From positions 960,001 to 1,024,000 of the forward strand of contig CAXXGI010000003.1 in assembly GCA_963674695.2 (NCBI GenBank): a stretch of DNA of 64,000 nt. Reading direction: 5' to 3'. Made by a program: the position numbers and the translations under genes. This DNA is from a bacterium. Its GTDB lineage: Bacteria; UBA10199; 2-02-FULL-44-16; JAAZCA01. The notes beneath the pieces were generated by a model. The model searched no databases. It had not been told where the DNA came from and was given only the letters and a program-made list of their open reading frames with translations. Shown one piece after another: positions 60,399 to 64,000 of the stretch. Position 1 is the first letter of the stretch, and each line of letters starts with the position of its first letter.

Positions 60399-62366
60399 AT
60401 GCGCCGTCGCATCACCCAGATTGGAATTCCCATCGTCGCCGCCCTGGCGCTTTGCGCCTGTTCGGCTGGCATCGTCGCGCCGACGAGTTCGACGACGACC
60501 ATCACCACGCTCCCGACGATCGCCTCGACGGGTCTGGTCTTCCCCGATGGCAGCACGAAGGCTATGAGCACCACGCCGCTGCCGCGCATGACCGGTATCG
60601 CGCTGAACTTCGCCGATTGCATCGATATCGACGATGAGGCGCTGGCCGAGCGCATGGCGGGCGTGACCGTCGTCGATGTGGATGGCGCAGCGTTTCCGTT
60701 CACCTATGTCGTCGGCACATGCGACGAAGCCTCCGGGATCCTCACGGTAACCGCAACGCCAATCGCCCCGCTCGATTATGACGGCACCTATTCGATCCTC
60801 GTCGACGGCGAAGCATTGGCCAGCGTCGCCAAGGCCGCGGGGGATATCGACGACAGCTTCTCCGTCCAGGCCGAATATGATCACGATGGCGACGGCAATC
60901 CCGACTTCGGTGCGTTCGCCCGCCTCGAAGGGGCCAACCCGATCGCCGCTGCCCAACACGACGAGCTCTTCGCCACCGACGGTGGTATGCCAATCGTCCA
61001 GATCTATAGCGGCGCAGATGAATCGGAACTAGCCACCTTTCGCGGACGGCTGCCCTGGTCGTCGACCAACAACAACGGCTTCGGACACAGCTATGTCCAG
61101 GCCGATTTCAATGCCGATGGCTATGATGATATCGCCATCTCCAATACCATCCTGGGTCGCATCTCGATCTTTTTCGGAACCGGAGTTGCCGAGGATCGCA
61201 ACGAACTGGAAGCCGACATCAAGGTCGTCTACCACCCCGGCATCCCCTATGACCAGGTCCTGGAGGAGCAACTCACCCTCTATTTCGGCAAGATGATGGC
61301 AGCTGGCTTCATCGATCAAGATGGCTATGCGGATCTGGTCGTCGCCGCAACGGTGGATGGCGATACCGACCGACTCTACTTTATCTCTGGAGCAACGCTC
61401 CTGCAGGAAGGCATCGAGCGACAGGCCGTCCCCGACTATGCCACCTCCGTCGACGTCGACACGCTCGTCGCCCTGGAGGTCGCCGACTGGTCGCTGGCCG
61501 CGAGCGCGGAGACATCGATCAACGCCATGATTGCCGTCGACGGCGAGATGCCTTCGGTGGCCCTGCAAGGCGCGGTGGCGGTCTCGGCAAGTTCCCTGGA
61601 GATCTTCGGCATCGACGGCACCCAGCGCGCCGTCCAAACGTTCGACACAACGCAGCGTGATGTCGTCGTCCTCAACATCGGACAGATGGGCGTCCTGGGC
61701 GAAGACGGCACCATCACCATATTCGACAGCAACCCGACGCTCCAACTGATCGACCAGTATGAACAGCCGGGAGCACTCACTATCGAACGCGACAACGAGG
61801 ACAACATCTTCGTCCTCACCGCGGAGGCGGAGAACAGCTTCGGCCTCGGCTATGTCTGCCGGTTGTTCACGACCGACCGAAACTGCCAGCGTATCGAAGG
61901 TGGATTCACCGGCGCCGACTTTCGCGCGCTGAACAAGAAGGGCGGAAAGAGAATCATCATCGCGATGAGCATGGAGGGTTCATCCATCTGGGAGGACGGC
62001 GAAACGACGGATCTCGACGGCATTTTCGGCGGCAACGGTTCACAGGGAAGGAAGATCGCGAAGGACTATGACGGCTGTTTCGATGCCGAGGGCAACCACG
62101 CCGACGACTACGACGCATGTGTCGCCGCCTGCGTGACGGATCGCACCACCTGTCTGGCCGTGGGCGTCAGCAGCGAGCGGATGTGTTATCTGAGCTACGG
62201 CGAGTGCATGCTGGGCAACACCTGCGCTAGCTGCATCTCACGAAACGGATCGACCATCGGCACGCTCGATCAGTATCCCTACTTCAGCAATTGGGATGCC
62301 ATCTGCGGCATCACGGCCGGATCGGAACACCAGGTCTGCCCGGCCTATGCCGAGGCGGTGGAATAA
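60399..62366 (+). CDS. Lipoprotein with Ig-like domain, FG-GAP repeats and Cys-rich C-terminus
   Basis: Lipobox LCAC; DHDGDGNPD, FG....ADFNADGYDDIAI, IDQDGYADLVV; multiple C-terminal Cys. Confidence 0.8.
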   Translation: MRRRITQIGIPIVAALALCACSAGIVAPTSSTTTITTLPTIASTGLVFPDGSTKAMSTTPLPRMTGIALNFADCIDIDDEALAERMAGVTVVDVDGAAFPFTYVVGTCDEASGILTVTATPIAPLDYDGTYSILVDGEALASVAKAAGDIDDSFSVQAEYDHDGDGNPDFGAFARLEGANPIAAAQHDELFATDGGMPIVQIYSGADESELATFRGRLPWSSTNNNGFGHSYVQADFNADGYDDIAISNTILGRISIFFGTGVAEDRNELEADIKVVYHPGIPYDQVLEEQLTLYFGKMMAAGFIDQDGYADLVVAATVDGDTDRLYFISGATLLQEGIERQAVPDYATSVDVDTLVALEVADWSLAASAETSINAMIAVDGEMPSVALQGAVAVSASSLEIFGIDGTQRAVQTFDTTQRDVVVLNIGQMGVLGEDGTITIFDSNPTLQLIDQYEQPGALTIERDNEDNIFVLTAEAENSFGLGYVCRLFTTDRNCQRIEGGFTGADFRALNKKGGKRIIIAMSMEGSSIWEDGETTDLDGIFGGNGSQGRKIAKDYDGCFDAEGNHADDYDACVAACVTDRTTCLAVGVSSERMCYLSYGECMLGNTCASCISRNGSTIGTLDQYPYFSNWDAICGITAGSEHQVCPAYAEAVE

Positions 62367-62381
62367 ATCGGAGGGAGAAGG

Positions 62382-64000
62382 ATGAAGGGTTTGCGCACAA
62401 CACGACTGATCGTCATCGCCCTGTTGGCCGTCTTTGCTGCCGCCTGCGGTGCGGGCACGGGTCTGCCGACCGAGGATGGCGCGGGCAGCTCGGGCGGCGG
62501 CAGCTCTGATGCCTGCGGCGCCACGCCGACGATCAGCGCCGTCTCGATTCTCACGGGTGACGGTACGGAGCTGGCCATCGATGCCACGCCGCTGCCGGCG
62601 ATCCTGAGTGTGAAGGCGACCTTTCCCAACTGCAGCAATTGGGATGCAACCGCACTGGCAACGCGTTTGGCCGATATCAGCATCGTCGACGGCGGCGACA
62701 CCGCCGTGGCTGCGACCGCATCGGTCGCTGCAGACTTGAGCTACGGACTCGTGACGCCGGATGCCTTCCTCGACTATGACTCGACCTATTCGATCCTCGA
62801 CGGAGGGGGCCCCCTCTCCGCGAGCGTGGCCAAAGCCGACGGCGAGGCAACATCTGCCTTCAGCATCGGAACACGCAATGACATGAACGGCGACGGCGTG
62901 CCGGAGCTGGTGCGTTCATTCACCGAGGCCGCGGAGGAAGGCACCTCGTTCAGTTACATGCGTCCGAGCTTCGATGAACCGCGCGATGTGGACATCGCCT
63001 CCTACTCCGGCATCGTGGTCCTCGACGGTGCGACGTTCACGCCGATCATGAAGATCTATGATTCGATCCCCGACACGGATGATTTTGAACGCTATGTCTC
63101 CCCGGTGATGGCACACGAAGCGCTCCTCTTCGACGATGGCTCAGGAAACTTCGCCCTGCTCGTGCCCCAGCCAATCACCGCGAGCGTGCATCTCTTCTCA
63201 GCACCGGCGGCCGATGCAACGCTGCCCGTGGTCCTCACGACCCTCGAATCGGATGCACAGTTCGAACTCTTTCCGAACATGGCGGCGACCGACACGCTCC
63301 AGATTGCCATCAACTGGGAACTCGATTTTGGCAGCGCCATCGCCGCACACTTTGACGGACAAGCGCTGCATGTCGCCGCACAGGTCAGGGGAACCGGGAA
63401 ACATGGAAGTGAACGAGAAGGCGCCATCGTCACCTTCTCGAGCGAGAACAATACCGTCTCGGCATTTCCGCTCGCAAACACCGAGGGAAATACCTTCGTC
63501 TCGCTCGGGTTCGTCGGGCTCGAAAACCACATGGATGCGAGCGCCGCAACGAGCATGCCCGACCTGATCGTCCTGGAATCCGGCGATGTCACCCAGGATA
63601 CCAATGGACACATCTGGCGCATTCAACCGGATGCCGCAGGAACCGCTGGGACAGGAGACGACCTCAACTTCCGCACCTCACAGCAGGAAGACCTGGTCGA
63701 AGACTATCTCTTCACGCTCTCCATCGGAAAGCTCGTCGCCGCGGAGGAGATCGCTCTCTCGCGCTATGCAATCGATGCCAACATCGTCGACGGACGTCTG
63801 GCCGTCATCGCCGATGACGACGAAGTCGTGGTCTACGACGGCAGCCTCGATATTGAGGCTCAGCTCGCGGCACCGGCGGGCCGAAACCTACGCAAGGTGC
63901 AACTCGCTCCTGCCGGCGGCGATGCCTATGATCTGATCACGCTCGATCATCTGGGCGCACTCGGAATGAAGAGCGGCTCGGCCATCTCCACCATCAGCGG
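62382..64000 (+). CDS. Paralogous surface lipoprotein, truncated by window end (absent from the ORF track)
   Basis: ATG 62382 after GGAGGGAG; MKGLRTTRLIVIALLAVFAAAC lipobox; TPDAFLDYDSTYSIL..ASVAKA..FSI..DMNGDGVPEL mirrors the upstream gene. Confidence 0.78.
   Translation, partial: MKGLRTTRLIVIALLAVFAAACGAGTGLPTEDGAGSSGGGSSDACGATPTISAVSILTGDGTELAIDATPLPAILSVKATFPNCSNWDATALATRLADISIVDGGDTAVAATASVAADLSYGLVTPDAFLDYDSTYSILDGGGPLSASVAKADGEATSAFSIGTRNDMNGDGVPELVRSFTEAAEEGTSFSYMRPSFDEPRDVDIASYSGIVVLDGATFTPIMKIYDSIPDTDDFERYVSPVMAHEALLFDDGSGNFALLVPQPITASVHLFSAPAADATLPVVLTTLESDAQFELFPNMAATDTLQIAINWELDFGSAIAAHFDGQALHVAAQVRGTGKHGSEREGAIVTFSSENNTVSAFPLANTEGNTFVSLGFVGLENHMDASAATSMPDLIVLESGDVTQDTNGHIWRIQPDAAGTAGTGDDLNFRTSQQEDLVEDYLFTLSIGKLVAAEEIALSRYAIDANIVDGRLAVIADDDEVVVYDGSLDIEAQLAAPAGRNLRKVQLAPAGGDAYDLITLDHLGALGMKSGSAISTIS

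Noticed and set aside
1-64000. Frequent CGATCG/TCGA suggesting a HIP1-like repeat; also looked for tRNA, rRNA, integrase and transposase genes
   Set aside because: The frequency is plausibly explained by ATC/GAC/GCG codon usage and cannot be tested by eye; no RNA genes or mobile-element enzymes were recognised.

Overview
GC-rich bacterial chromosomal segment. Gene content and order (DUF1844, bamD-TPR, pgpA-cinA-thpR-recA-alaS-efp, rpmE-prfA-prmC-murA-hisA-like-HIT, mfd-PPIase-surA-pdxA, uvrA) suggest a deltaproteobacteria-like lineage; this is an inference. Housekeeping blocks alternate with orphan genes: effector-like enzymes (divergent DHH phosphoesterase, HipA/PI3K-like kinase, DAG-kinase-like protein, a 1079-aa protein with a JAB-like end), a four-gene acidic/Cys-rich surface operon, and FG-GAP lipoproteins. 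I saw no rRNA, tRNA, CRISPR, transposase or integrase. Main signals: (1) a shared bipartite motif RMAAC-N15/17-(C/A)CGATA(A/G), with a sigma-28-like -10, upstream of five orphan transcription units, one apparently leaderless; (2) about 14 arrays of 7-9-nt tandem repeats at gene junctions, four as inverted pairs and some in-frame inside prmC; (3) eight TGTCAT...ATGACA palindromic elements, most with nested CCTGC modules; (4) probable pseudoenzymes: two degenerate ApbE paralogs and a lone degenerate HisA. Product calls rest on motif recognition by eye, not database searches.
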